DNA of 57,441 nucleotides, from positions 1 to 57,441 of IMG/VR virus record IMGVR_UViG_3300020445_001222. One strand, 5' to 3'. Positions 21,501-32,291 of this stretch are shown piece after piece (the stretch's first letter is position 1; every line of letters starts with the position of its first letter). The DNA comes from a virus (lineage: Duplodnaviria > Caudoviricetes). The notes beneath the pieces are model-generated. The model did not search any database and was not told where the DNA came from. It saw nothing but the letters and a program-made list of their open reading frames with translations. Position numbers and translations under genes: made by a program.

Positions 21501-24500
21501 TAGTAAAACTAGTCGTTGTGTCAACAGTAACAGCAGTAGTTATTCCTGCAATTGGATCATGAGGACGAGGATAAGCATGAACAGTAGCAAAATTATCTCT
21601 TGCACATTTAAACTTAAGACTACCCTCATCAATAGTAATAGTATCGTTAGTGCTCATTCCATGTACACCAGCAAATATTAATCTTAATGCACCAGTTGCT
21701 GGATTATATTCTGCACCATTAGGTGTCTTCTGACTTCCTACCTCTGAACCACTTTGGACATTTAAAGTACCTGTAGTGGCAGAATCAAAGGTATGTGCAT
21801 ATTGTCCACCATAATGAATATTATTTGCTGTACTGGACCAGAACTTATGTTCGTTAGTTAGAACTTCTGCAGTTATATTTGCAGAATCTCCTGTATGTCC
21901 AGGTTCGTATACACTAATACCAATTGCTACTCTTCCATTATAACCAGATCCAAATGCTCTAGAAGTAGAATTGTAATATGGATATACAGTTCCAAATCCA
22001 ACATAAGTTTGATCGAATGTGGAGATTCCAATTTTTACTTTAATATTTGTGGAATCAACAATTTGAGTTATTGGGAATATATTACCTAATGTAGTATTTC
22101 CATATGTCGTAATACCCAATGCACTAGTAAACTTCATACCATCTATGAAGACATCTTGATTCTGTGCATTTAAATTATGAGCAGTTCCTGTGGTTATGTC
22201 TAATATTCCAGTTTGATAATCAAAAGAAGCAGTACTTATTGATTTTCCAGGTGTAGTATAAGTTGGAATACCAATTATTCCTGAAATAGAACCACCTGCA
22301 CCAATAACAGGTAATACATCAGCACCTAATAGAGGAGCAAATCCTAAACCAGTCGTAGAACCTAGAGAAATAATTAATCCACCTTTAGGGAAAGCATTTT
22401 GATTAGGATCCTCTAATGAAACTACAGGAGTACCATCAGTAGATGTTATACCTGTGAATACAATTTCAGAATTTGATCCAGATTCATTATAGTAGAAATT
22501 ATTTCCTGCATTATTATCTGTTGTTGGAGTTTGGAATATTCCATTTATTAATACTAAACCATTTCCAGTCTCTATACCAGTTGTACTAATTCCTGATTGT
22601 GTAACTGTAAATGTTTGGGCAATTCCTGTAAATTCGCTAGAAATATCATCATATATTAAATTATTTGTATAATCTTTTCTTAAGAAAACCCTTCCATTAA
22701 ATTCAGAGAATCCTTTAGGAAGATTACTTTCGTTAACAGTTAACAAACCACTTCCTTTTGGAGGTTCGCTAAAGAATATATTTTGTCCAGAGAAGTTATA
22801 AGAACCTCTATAAATTCTTGCTGCTGTTCCATCAGTATGTAATGTTGCTGCAGTACCAACATGACCTCTTACAACCTCAACAAGTTTTACATCACCATTG
22901 CTTATTGGCCCTATTGATGTTGTTCCTAAACCAACACCACCAACTTTCATAAATTCATTATCAACTTTTAGTATATCTCCATTACGTATAGAAGTAATAC
23001 CAGACATTGAGAATACTGTTGTTGCTGTTCCTATTTGACCACCATTTGCTTCTAAATCATAAACAATTGGTGTATATGAAAGTGGAGATTGTATTACATC
23101 ATCAATTGAAATTACTGCTTTCTCCAACTTTTTAACCATTTCAAATGAATGATAATTACCACTTCCTTCATCTATAAATGTTACTGCAATTCCAGCAGAT
23201 GCATATTCAGGTCTTGTAGCAATTTGGAATTTTTCATTATTAGTTCTAATTGCATAAACTTGATATGGTAGTTTGTTAGTTACAACACCAACTGAATCTG
23301 CAGTTAATCCAATACCAATAGAAGTAGATGTAAGACCAGATACTGATGATCCTGCTCTGTAAATCAATTCTTCTCCAGTTTCAAAGAAGTGATTGGTTAT
23401 TGAAAATTCGCCAGTTGTCTTGTTTAAAACTGCAGTATCTGCTGGATCCCAGAATTTTTGGAATATAGGAGTATCCTTATATTCCATTTTAAAGAATTTC
23501 TTATTAATTCTATCGCTATTAGTTGCATCAAATAAACCAATATTATATTCTTGCGTTTTTATAGAACCATAATTAATATTTTGATATGCATTTTCGGTCT
23601 CTAACTCTTGGTATAAAACTTCATTGAATGATTTAATAGTAACAATACCTGTTACAGAAGAGTCGGGATAGAATTTAAGTGCAACATCTGAACCATCAAT
23701 AATAGTACCAAATGTTCCTATTCCAGTTGTACTTCCTATTGATAAGAAAGGATATTGAGTAGAGTAGGTATTTGTACTATCAGGACTCAATGTTAATATT
23801 TGGTGTAATGCGTATGTTGAACCATAACTTACACTAACTAAAGATTTGATAGAATTAGTTAATGTTGAATCTGCACTAAAGATTGTAGTTTCTCCAGTAC
23901 CAACTACAGAATTACCTGAGAAATATGCACTTCTTTCATTACCATCTGGTTGAGATGTTCCTATCTTAAACCTTAAAGCACCATCAGCATTTGATGTAGC
24001 ACCAAATCCAACAGCATTTGCTCTAACAGTTACTGGAACGGTAAGTGGGTTTGTATAAGATAATGTAAGTTTTCCATTTGCTATAGAAGCATCAAAGTTT
24101 GAGAAATCATTTCCACTAAATCCTTGAGCTGAATCGGAATCAAAATAGTAATCACTTACATAAGTGTTAGTCCCATCATGATGAACATATAGTTCTGTAT
24201 AGTTTTGAGTATACAAATCATTTGCATTTAGATGTAAATGAACGTGCATAGCATCAAAGTTATCAGAACTATATTCAAGTATAGTATTAGTAGAACCAAC
24301 TCCTACAATGGCATTTGTAGACTGATTTTTTATTAAACCAATAGATGTAGATGCTAATCCAACTATGTTGCCATTAAATGTGTCTTTAACGAATTTAATA
24401 TCATAATCAATATTAAACACATCATATGGCGTAAATCTTAGAGATAGAATATCAAACTCATCAACATGTCCTGTTACATCAGCAAATTCCTGTTCAGTCC

Positions 24501-27500
24501 AACCATATTCATTAGTTGTTGTGTTTGCTACACCTGTATTTGATAGATATCCTTTCTTCAAAACAAATGCAGATTCAAATTGTGGATCATGGAGTACTAT
24601 AACTTCATGAATTGCATTTTGTAGTTCCGCAGCACCATTGCTTCTAACTTGAACCAAATATCTTGCAAAATCTTTTCCAGATTCATCTAGATCTATAAAG
24701 GTATCACTTACATTTTCTTTATTTGTAAATTGCTTACTTACATCATCTATTACAAGAACTCTATTTGTTTTACAAATAACACTATCAACAAAACTTTTAC
24801 CTCTAAATTGAAGGAATTTAGAAGAGTTCTGAGCATCTATTACCTCTGTATCAAAATCTCTTGCTTGAGCATATCCATATATTGTATCTACTCTGTTATC
24901 TTCAATAATATCAGCATATTGCAAAGATTGTACAGTTGTCATTCCAAAACTAACTGTAGTGTTAGTTGCTAATCCAACATCAACAAAGTTTTTCAATCCT
25001 GTAGTATGAACTAAACGATTAATTGCATCAATAGAATCTTTAAACAGAATAGGACTCTTAACTGAATATGATAGATTTTGATAGTAATCATTATCAGGTA
25101 GAACCTGTATATCATTATTAAGTTGTCCTGTATTCTTCTTCCAACCTCTGTTTGATCTTACAGAGAAGTCAATATCAAACTTACCATCACTCTTTATAAT
25201 CTTAGATATATCTCCCGTTGAACCAGACTGTACACCTCTAACAGAATCTCCAGATTTAACTTCATAGTTCCCAGAAGTTTTAATATAATCTGGTAAAACT
25301 GTAGTTACATTTAAATCTGTTGATTCTCCATTTACGAATAATTGCTCTCCATCTATAAATGAACTCTTTCCTTGAGTAACTTTAAATGTTGGATACTCGC
25401 TTCTTTTTACGATATTTGCAAATGATCCTTGAGTAGTATTTGCTAGACCTGGATTAGTAGTTAATCCTGCTACACTAAATTTAAGTTTTGCAGGGATAAA
25501 ATTCTCATATGAAATAACCTTAAAGAAATTAAATTGATAGTCTTCAGAGTTAAATCCACTACCCTCTGTACCAGATTTAGTTATTCCCTCTACAAATATT
25601 TCATCACCAACAGTAAAGATAGAAGTACTGAATCCAAGTAAAGGTGTAGTTAAGAAACATGTAACAATTCCACTGGTTGATGTTTGCATAGTGGATATAC
25701 CAACACCATTAGTATTATTGATAGCAAATAATGTCTTAGTATTAAAGTTGAGTCCTCTTGGTTGTTCAAAAATATTAACAGCAGAAATTGAACTTGATTG
25801 AACTTCTGTTGTTAATATACCATCATCAATTTTTTCTCCTGTTATTGAATCTACAATTGCAAGATTTGGTGGTGATGTATAATTATTTCCACCATTTAAT
25901 ATTTCTACATCTGTTATTGTTAAATTAGATCTTAATTCAAGTGTAGGTGCTACATTTGCTTCAGGTCTAAGTGTTTTATCTGAATTATACTCAAATGCTT
26001 GATCAATAACTCTTATTTCTTTTATACTACCTACAGTGTTAGATTGTGCAAATAATACAGCATCAGTACCATTTACAGTTGTAATACTAGAAATACCAGG
26101 TAATTGTTTATAATCATTACCCTCTGAAACCATTTGAACGTTAGCAATAGCACCAGAAGCAGTCTTTGAAGTAGTAGTATACTTCAAAGTTTCGGTATTA
26201 TCTGTAGTATAAAGTTCTAATTCTGGATCTTTAAGTAAAGATACAATAAACGAAGTTGAAGCTACACCAACAACTGAATATGTTCCATCATATTTACTAT
26301 CATTAAATGTAATTTGGTTATAATCAACAACTGTTGAATCTGCTGTAGATATAAATCCACCCTTTTCTACGTTATAGAACAATGGTTGTGTAGGATCTGG
26401 TACTACATCAATTAAAGAATCTGTGTAAGTTAGGGTAAATGAAGCAGTTGATGTTACACCAACAGTTCCTACACCAGAAGTTGAAAATGTTGTTGTATTT
26501 GCAACAGATACAAACTGATTTTGGAATGTTTGATCCGTATATAAATTAAACTTAAATCCCTGTAATGTAGAATCTGATAAATCAAATACAACATCATTAC
26601 CTCTAGTTGGATATAATCTTGGATTAATTGCTGAGAACTCTTGTTCTGCTCCTCCTGTAGACCCTATAGAAATAATTTTAGGAGGTGATGCAATAGCATC
26701 TTCATAAGTAAGACCAAGTTTAAATCTATTTTTATCAATCTTATAAACATAGAATAGACCAGGTTCCAATCCAGTTGCTACTTCATCTGTAGCATTATAA
26801 TAAATTTTTTCTCCAGTTATAAATGGATGGTTATTAAGTGTTATTACATTTTCTATAGTATCAATAGCAGTTGAAGTAAATCCTATAGGATCTATAACAA
26901 GTTTTTCTATATCAAAATTATACTTAACTCTGACTTTAGTGGATGTTCCAATACCAACACTTCTATCTGGTACAACTTTTAATGAAATTTTATCATTTGG
27001 TTGTAAATTATGTGCAGTTGATACAGATACTACTGCATCATTTTTCTGAACTACACATACAATTTGATTTTTAGTTGGTTCTAAAGAGTATTCATAATTA
27101 TCAGAACCATTACTATAGAAATATAAACCATTTGTTGATGTAGTTAATCCAATTTGAGTTACAATTCCAATGGAATCTTGAGATTTATTAATAACATATA
27201 AAGTTTCAGCAGTATCTCCAATATCAAATGTTGCAGATGACTCTGTATTTGCCACAGAAATGGAATTACCACCACCATTTTTTCTAAATGTTACTCTTTC
27301 TCCTGTTTTAAAAGAATGACTAGGTAAGTATATACTTTGTGTAGGTATAGAAATATCATAATTTTTATCCCCTAAAGGATATTCTACTGCAATACCAATA
27401 CCAGGTGTAGATCCAACACCAACAGATTCGGTTGGATTGAAGTATACCTTTTCATTTAATGAAGATTCAAAGAATGGAGAATCTACTGGAATTTTAATTG

Positions 27501-30500
27501 TATTAGTATAAACATACCCTACAACAGAAGTTGTATGTGCTGATCCAGTAATACCTCTCTTTGCCCTAATTATACTTTTATCTGCAAATATATTCAATAC
27601 CGATAATACTTCCGTACCAATTCCAATAGTAGATCCAATTGATAATATAGATGGTATATTAGACACATAGATGTCTGTCATAATACCAGAAGAACTATTA
27701 GCAGGTAAATCCCTATACAAATTAAAGGTTGCTGTAGATATAGCGACTTTTCTTAATCCAGAAATTTTATCAACAAATGTTGAAAGACCACTTATAGAAA
27801 TTATGTCATCTTTTTGGAAATCATGGAAAGGACTTATTTTAATGTCTATACTACCTTTGTCCCAAAGTAAAACAGATCCTGTATATTCTCTAAAGGATGA
27901 TGCTATAGAAGTTACTGATGCTCCATCAACTTTAACAACTCTTGCACTAGCACCACCACCATTAGTACCAGTATTATCAAAATTAATTAAATCGTCTACT
28001 TGATAATTTACTCCTGGATTTCTAATATCTACACTAGTTATAGATCCCTTAGTTGTAGATTCAACAGATGCTTCCTGATTAAACAAACTTTGAGATTCAA
28101 TAATAAAATCATTTCTTGATCCAGTTACACTTAATTGATGAGGGAAAGTATTTCTAACTATACCTGAAGAATTTAAATTAAAATCTTGATCTTTACTATC
28201 TAATTGATTCAGAGATCTAAATCTCTTACCAACAAAGTAAGGGAATTTGGGAGTAAAAGTACCATCAGTTGTTATACCTGCAAAGTAAGCATAAGTTCCA
28301 TTTGGATATTCTGGTGTTTTGCAGAATCTTGTATTATGTACATCTAAATCTCCAGTAGCATCATAAGTATAATCCTCAACAAAGAATCCATCTAAGAACC
28401 CACTAGGACGATCTACAACAGTAGATGAATCTAATTTATAACCAGTTTTTAATACTTGTATACCTGATGAACTATCAAGAGGATCTACAAATCCATAAGG
28501 ACCATATATTGGATGGCCATCATAAGCATATCCAATTATTGGAGAGTGTGTTGATCCTGTATCATTGAATTCTCCAGATGCTATTTCATTTGAATATGAA
28601 ATATTAACATATTCTAAACCCCTCTTAAGAGTAGGATGTAAATATTCAGATCCATATCTTACACCATCATTTAATGTTAAAGATCTAATTTTTGTAGAGA
28701 ATTTAGCATTTCTACCTGCAGGTGTAACACTAATACTAGTTTTTTCTTGGGTATAATTAGTTCCTTCCGAGATAACAACTACTTCAGTTATTTGCCCATT
28801 AACAATAACAGGACGAACGACTGCACCTGTTCCATTTCCATTTACTGCCAATTCAGGAATAGAGAAATATTCACTTCCTCTTGATCTAACATCGACTCTT
28901 ATTAATTTACCACCTACAACAACAGGATATAAAGATGCTCCCTTACCATTTTTAATGGTAACACCTGGAGATCTTTCAAAATTTAATGTAGTACTTCCAT
29001 AACCTGTACCAGTTTCATATAGATAAGAATCTATAATATTACCCCTAACATAAGGTGTTGCTGTGATAACCCCAGAGGTTCCAGAACCGTATGAAACATT
29101 AATGTTTAACTTTATATCTGGATACTTAAATTGGTGATATCCAGACCCAACAGAGTCTAGTTTAATATGAAGTCTGCTATCATAATTATCTGTAATAGTT
29201 CCACCAATACCAGCATCTGCAACTCTAAATTGATCTTTATTCTTTTCAAAGATATAATATTGGTTAGTAGTAACTAATCCAGATATAACAGTTCCTGTAT
29301 TTTGATATTCAACTAAATCTCCTTCTTTAAATCCATGATCTTTAAAATTAACGAGATGATCTATGGTTGAAATACCAACTGCTTTAACATTTAACTGTCT
29401 ATTTTGATAATTAGAACCACCTTCAATAACTTTAATTGATTTTAAAGTCTTCTTACCATTAAATGTTCTAAATCTATGAATACCAGAATTAGAAGTAGTA
29501 GTAAATCCAATTGTATTGATTCCTGCTTGGAAATCACTTTTAGAAAAATATAATCTAACTGTTTGTGAGTTTACAAATTCTGCGATATATTTTGTATTTT
29601 CAACTAAAAATCTATTCTGATCCGCATTAGAAGCAGCAAATGTTCCAATACCTAATGCAACATTACCTTCTGTTCGATATACAACTTCCTCTCCATCAGT
29701 AAAGTTATGATCCCCCAAAAATGTAATAGTTTCTGCATTTTCTCCTATACCACCACCAAATGTTAATAATCTAGCATCAAAACTAGCACTTAAAAACTTA
29801 TCTTCAACAACTGGTTCTAAAGCAACACCATCACCAGGACCTCCGCCAGTTATACTAACAGAAAGAACTTTATCCAACTCTCTTGTCTGAGGATCTACTA
29901 AGATTTTCTCAACAGATCCACTAAGAACAGGTGTTACTAGTGCTGTTGTTCCTGATCCAGTATTAGCAACTTCAATAAGTGGTGGATTTATAACATCATA
30001 TCCAGTTCCTGAATTTAATACATCCGCAGAAAGTAATGGCCCTGAATAAATCTTATCTTTAGACCTATAATTCTTAATTTCAACACCATTTACCATCATA
30101 CCAACAGTTTCAGTTGTGGTATCTGTCCCATCATTCTCTCTAGGTATTAATGGGAACTTTCTAAGAAGTTTTTGTGGTTGAATTTGCTTTTGATGTACGG
30201 ATTTTACAGTAAAAGTATGTTTACCACCAATTCCAACAAGTAAAGGTTCAAATTCAAGATTTAAATCCCCTTGAATAAAAGAGTTAGATGCATATAATTT
30301 AATCTGTTGCTTGTTAGATAATACTCTAACATAATATGATTTACCTGTATCTAATCCTGTGATTGCGGTAGTTTCTGGTTCATAAACAACTTCATCACCA
30401 GTTAAGAATGGGACCTCTGTAGGGAAATTAATAATAGAATATGCTAATTCTCCTACCTCTGTTTGTATAGCATTAGATTCAGTGTTTCCTGCACCAATAA

Positions 30501-32289
30501 AAGTTATACCAGTTCCAACCACTATAGATGGTGTTGAAGGTGTAGTATCTTGTCTAAAAGTGTATGATGGGAGAGAGTTAGATGCAACATACATAAACTC
30601 TTCGCCATAGAATCCATAATCTAGGTCTTCGCTATAAACGTTCTGTACGTCCGCAAAAAGGTCTGAATATTGTAGAGGTACAAATTGACTTGTAGTCTTT
30701 TTAGGAACCCTTCTGATGGCGTGTGGGATACTCTCATCAGTAGAGAATCCAACAAACTCTAAAGTTACTTGTTTAAGTGAAGAATCAATAGCAGTAACTT
30801 TAGCATTTTCTACTTCTACATTTTTAGTAATATCGTTTATAATATCAACACGATCATCTATTTTTAAAAATGCATTATCAATTGAAGATTTTAGGGTTAA
30901 TTGTTTTGTGCTTGTATTAATACCAGAACACTCAAAAGTAGAACTAGTATTATAAACCCATGAATTGGCAAATCTTTCTTTGTCTGTTCTATCGGAGGCA
31001 ATGCCTGGATTATTAATTATATCTCCTAATTCTTTAATTCTAATTTTTTCATTAGGTAATGCAAGACCTGCATCTTTTGCTAATTTTAAATCAGATATTA
31101 TTCCTGCTACTCTTAAATTAACTGGTTTTGTAACATCTCCATTCTCATAACCAAATATAATATCATCTGATCTAATATCATCAGTTGCTGTAATAGGATT
31201 ATCAATACCAGAACAATTTAAAAATTGATTTAGAGTCTTATCAGTATATGTTATGGTGTTAATGCCACTTATAATAGTACCAGATCCATTAAATCCAACA
31301 GTAGAATCAACAGTAATTACAGAAGATCCAGCTGAAACATTAGTTATTGATTTTGTATTTGGAGTTACTTGAAACTCCCCTTCTATAAGATCCTTATTAC
31401 TGTAACCAATGAATAATGATAACTTATAATAAGTCTTATTGTTTCTAGTTACTATTTCAATTTCAGATATTGCTGCTTTTGTTCTAGGATTAGACTTGCT
31501 ATAAATTGTCTGCCCTACTAATTGATTTACGTCTCCTGTTATTTTTTCTACTAAAACAACTTCTCTTCTGATGTATTCAGCATCAGATGGTTTTAACAAA
31601 TACTTTTCTAAGTCGATAACAGAAGGTGTTACTCCAAAAAGAACTTTATAGAGTATTCTAAATGATTCTTCTGTACCTTTTGCTTGATAAAATGACCTTG
31701 CTTCCTTTATAAAATTACCAGCATCTAATTCTGGAACAAAATTTACATCTTCTAACCCAGGTGCAAGAGAGTATTTTACTTTTTTATAAAACTCTTTTAA
31801 AAATAAAGAACTTAAATTTTGTACTGGAGATTCATTATCATGATTTGCACTAGTTGAAGTATTAAATACTAACTCTTCTGAATCAAGAATATTATGATAT
31901 GATGTTATACCACTAAAACCACGAACACATCCTGTAAATGTATTAGTAGTTAAACCAGTGTATGTAATTATCTCATCATCTATCTTTAAAAGACCATACT
32001 CATTAGGAAATCCTCTTGTACTTTCAACACTTACAGTCTTACCTATTGAGGTTACAGATGCAGTAAGGGAAGTAACACCTACAACAACCTGTGGTGTTAA
32101 TTGGTCAAGACTTAAATATTGATCAAGATTATCAACTAAATCGACAGGACCTCCCTGATACTCCTGAGAACGGTAGTATTGTTGAAATAACTCTACTGTC
32201 TTAGGACTTTGATCTAAAATATACTCAGGTAATTGTCCCTCTATCAGTTGATGAACCTTTACTCTCGATTCGATACCAGTTTGTATCAT
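18517..32289 (-). CDS. gp7: Baseplate wedge initiator, giant (4590 aa)
   Basis: FYQAKGTEESFRILYKVLFG; HSPIIGYAYDGHPIYGPYG; DNDYYQNLSYSVKS; lies between gp6 and gp8. Confidence 0.88.
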   Translation of the reverse strand: MIQTGIESRVKVHQLIEGQLPEYILDQSPKTVELFQQYYRSQEYQGGPVDLVDNLDQYLSLDQLTPQVVVGVTSLTASVTSIGKTVSVESTRGFPNEYGLLKIDDEIITYTGLTTNTFTGCVRGFSGITSYHNILDSEELVFNTSTSANHDNESPVQNLSSLFLKEFYKKVKYSLAPGLEDVNFVPELDAGNFIKEARSFYQAKGTEESFRILYKVLFGVTPSVIDLEKYLLKPSDAEYIRREVVLVEKITGDVNQLVGQTIYSKSNPRTKAAISEIEIVTRNNKTYYKLSLFIGYSNKDLIEGEFQVTPNTKSITNVSAGSSVITVDSTVGFNGSGTIISGINTITYTDKTLNQFLNCSGIDNPITATDDIRSDDIIFGYENGDVTKPVNLRVAGIISDLKLAKDAGLALPNEKIRIKELGDIINNPGIASDRTDKERFANSWVYNTSSTFECSGINTSTKQLTLKSSIDNAFLKIDDRVDIINDITKNVEVENAKVTAIDSSLKQVTLEFVGFSTDESIPHAIRRVPKKTTSQFVPLQYSDLFADVQNVYSEDLDYGFYGEEFMYVASNSLPSYTFRQDTTPSTPSIVVGTGITFIGAGNTESNAIQTEVGELAYSIINFPTEVPFLTGDEVVYEPETTAITGLDTGKSYYVRVLSNKQQIKLYASNSFIQGDLNLEFEPLLVGIGGKHTFTVKSVHQKQIQPQKLLRKFPLIPRENDGTDTTTETVGMMVNGVEIKNYRSKDKIYSGPLLSADVLNSGTGYDVINPPLIEVANTGSGTTALVTPVLSGSVEKILVDPQTRELDKVLSVSITGGGPGDGVALEPVVEDKFLSASFDARLLTFGGGIGENAETITFLGDHNFTDGEEVVYRTEGNVALGIGTFAASNADQNRFLVENTKYIAEFVNSQTVRLYFSKSDFQAGINTIGFTTTSNSGIHRFRTFNGKKTLKSIKVIEGGSNYQNRQLNVKAVGISTIDHLVNFKDHGFKEGDLVEYQNTGTVISGLVTTNQYYIFEKNKDQFRVADAGIGGTITDNYDSRLHIKLDSVGSGYHQFKYPDIKLNINVSYGSGTSGVITATPYVRGNIIDSYLYETGTGYGSTTLNFERSPGVTIKNGKGASLYPVVVGGKLIRVDVRSRGSEYFSIPELAVNGNGTGAVVRPVIVNGQITEVVVISEGTNYTQEKTSISVTPAGRNAKFSTKIRSLTLNDGVRYGSEYLHPTLKRGLEYVNISYSNEIASGEFNDTGSTHSPIIGYAYDGHPIYGPYGFVDPLDSSSGIQVLKTGYKLDSSTVVDRPSGFLDGFFVEDYTYDATGDLDVHNTRFCKTPEYPNGTYAYFAGITTDGTFTPKFPYFVGKRFRSLNQLDSKDQDFNLNSSGIVRNTFPHQLSVTGSRNDFIIESQSLFNQEASVESTTKGSITSVDIRNPGVNYQVDDLINFDNTGTNGGGASARVVKVDGASVTSIASSFREYTGSVLLWDKGSIDIKISPFHDFQKDDIISISGLSTFVDKISGLRKVAISTATFNLYRDLPANSSSGIMTDIYVSNIPSILSIGSTIGIGTEVLSVLNIFADKSIIRAKRGITGSAHTTSVVGYVYTNTIKIPVDSPFFESSLNEKVYFNPTESVGVGSTPGIGIAVEYPLGDKNYDISIPTQSIYLPSHSFKTGERVTFRKNGGGNSISVANTESSATFDIGDTAETLYVINKSQDSIGIVTQIGLTTSTNGLYFYSNGSDNYEYSLEPTKNQIVCVVQKNDAVVSVSTAHNLQPNDKISLKVVPDRSVGIGTSTKVRVKYNFDIEKLVIDPIGFTSTAIDTIENVITLNNHPFITGEKIYYNATDEVATGLEPGLFYVYKIDKNRFKLGLTYEDAIASPPKIISIGSTGGAEQEFSAINPRLYPTRGNDVVFDLSDSTLQGFKFNLYTDQTFQNQFVSVANTTTFSTSGVGTVGVTSTASFTLTYTDSLIDVVPDPTQPLFYNVEKGGFISTADSTVVDYNQITFNDSKYDGTYSVVGVASTSFIVSLLKDPELELYTTDNTETLKYTTTSKTASGAIANVQMVSEGNDYKQLPGISSITTVNGTDAVLFAQSNTVGSIKEIRVIDQAFEYNSDKTLRPEANVAPTLELRSNLTITDVEILNGGNNYTSPPNLAIVDSITGEKIDDGILTTEVQSSSISAVNIFEQPRGLNFNTKTLFAINNTNGVGISTMQTSTSGIVTCFLTTPLLGFSTSIFTVGDEIFVEGITKSGTEGSGFNSEDYQFNFFKVISYENFIPAKLKFSVAGLTTNPGLANTTQGSFANIVKRSEYPTFKVTQGKSSFIDGEQLFVNGESTDLNVTTVLPDYIKTSGNYEVKSGDSVRGVQSGSTGDISKIIKSDGKFDIDFSVRSNRGWKKNTGQLNNDIQVLPDNDYYQNLSYSVKSPILFKDSIDAINRLVHTTGLKNFVDVGLATNTTVSFGMTTVQSLQYADIIEDNRVDTIYGYAQARDFDTEVIDAQNSSKFLQFRGKSFVDSVICKTNRVLVIDDVSKQFTNKENVSDTFIDLDESGKDFARYLVQVRSNGAAELQNAIHEVIVLHDPQFESAFVLKKGYLSNTGVANTTTNEYGWTEQEFADVTGHVDEFDILSLRFTPYDVFNIDYDIKFVKDTFNGNIVGLASTSIGLIKNQSTNAIVGVGSTNTILEYSSDNFDAMHVHLHLNANDLYTQNYTELYVHHDGTNTYVSDYYFDSDSAQGFSGNDFSNFDASIANGKLTLSYTNPLTVPVTVRANAVGFGATSNADGALRFKIGTSQPDGNERSAYFSGNSVVGTGETTIFSADSTLTNSIKSLVSVSYGSTYALHQILTLSPDSTNTYSTQYPFLSIGSTTGIGTFGTIIDGSDVALKFYPDSSVTGIVTIKSFNEVLYQELETENAYQNINYGSIKTQEYNIGLFDATNSDRINKKFFKMEYKDTPIFQKFWDPADTAVLNKTTGEFSITNHFFETGEELIYRAGSSVSGLTSTSIGIGLTADSVGVVTNKLPYQVYAIRTNNEKFQIATRPEYASAGIAVTFIDEGSGNYHSFEMVKKLEKAVISIDDVIQSPLSYTPIVYDLEANGGQIGTATTVFSMSGITSIRNGDILKVDNEFMKVGGVGLGTTSIGPISNGDVKLVEVVRGHVGTAATLHTDGTAARIYRGSYNFSGQNIFFSEPPKGSGLLTVNESNLPKGFSEFNGRVFLRKDYTNNLIYDDISSEFTGIAQTFTVTQSGISTTGIETGNGLVLINGIFQTPTTDNNAGNNFYYNESGSNSEIVFTGITSTDGTPVVSLEDPNQNAFPKGGLIISLGSTTGLGFAPLLGADVLPVIGAGGSISGIIGIPTYTTPGKSISTASFDYQTGILDITTGTAHNLNAQNQDVFIDGMKFTSALGITTYGNTTLGNIFPITQIVDSTNIKVKIGISTFDQTYVGFGTVYPYYNSTSRAFGSGYNGRVAIGISVYEPGHTGDSANITAEVLTNEHKFWSSTANNIHYGGQYAHTFDSATTGTLNVQSGSEVGSQKTPNGAEYNPATGALRLIFAGVHGMSTNDTITIDEGSLKFKCARDNFATVHAYPRPHDPIAGITTAVTVDTTTSFTINVGRSLNSSVSISTASYEPSTGDLVLNVGAGHGFIAAGILTTNTASYNPSTGLLTVNTTTNHGMVTGERVQLANESFTFKCAKDNNLTEHYYPREDDPSSAKWLAITKVDADSFTVFVGESSDTSTHTFVRAELANIRTDDPGGSVGIHTRSLTFTCAQDNHGSFHAYPRASDPIYGAVLGIGATTTDTITINAGTSVNGTGGQLKFTIVDGGTGYVNPDVLVDEPTYTDLDITGVSRRGIGQTSETGINELINLKVGSNTNPIFGNRFADAADLIEANKEFIADVSVGEMLDVYPSFTVAGGSQNCKDDVIDVLESVSFNLRFGGNDETWDAANLYITGAHVAGEEQESIFVFHAARDLANKVINNVAIAKSDYTTRDQVFDLTITADPVVGFNTDANGCANVRSSVNSFIGIVTSAIGFGTVTSKKSFAPAKFFEVSDFSVKGAGYSFQLGDVFAPVGLVTAKGLKKPIKPFELEVVDVFSDRFASWQFGQLDFIDPISTLQDGVRSVFPLFYNAELVSFQKDATDNDSTLIDIDAVLLIFINGILQEPKKAYIFDGGSSVQFIEAPKPEDHVSIFFYNGTRLIDSVETDVPETVKVGDILSVRKAAGIDTSVNQSEGRTIYDVSSSDKIETNIYSDVGIDEFNDRNVNWTKQKRDIFINGRLVSKARDSIEGMVFPTSRIIRDVNVGDTDILVDNGQFFNYEENESSVVTAYVDAVVLDDINIVSAAATVGVDALGRVDTSTIDITNVGSGYTTATVDIKFSAPKFIGVGIGTTAIGTATITNGSVASISVTNVGLGYTNSLNTPVPPQIIIPQPRLIKEEVTNIQSVQGNTGIITGISTVAGIGTDLAIKFFTNNTLDLQVGYHIVVTDTAVGSGVTSIYTHDNDIIGVGTEFADNVYRVHQIPVANEIVCNIKSDTVTTGIQTLGTSIYNPNGYYSWGRLTNLVRNSEPIAIGISGRTVTAGLSTYPLIQRRGYGLRDNGAIRKTLPD

Positions 32290-32291
32290 AT

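Noticed and set aside
560-31150. Plus-strand ORFs in the structural module (e.g. 7196-7675, 8288-8737, 20603-21016)
   Set aside because: Antisense shadows of long minus-strand genes, with no motifs or RBS
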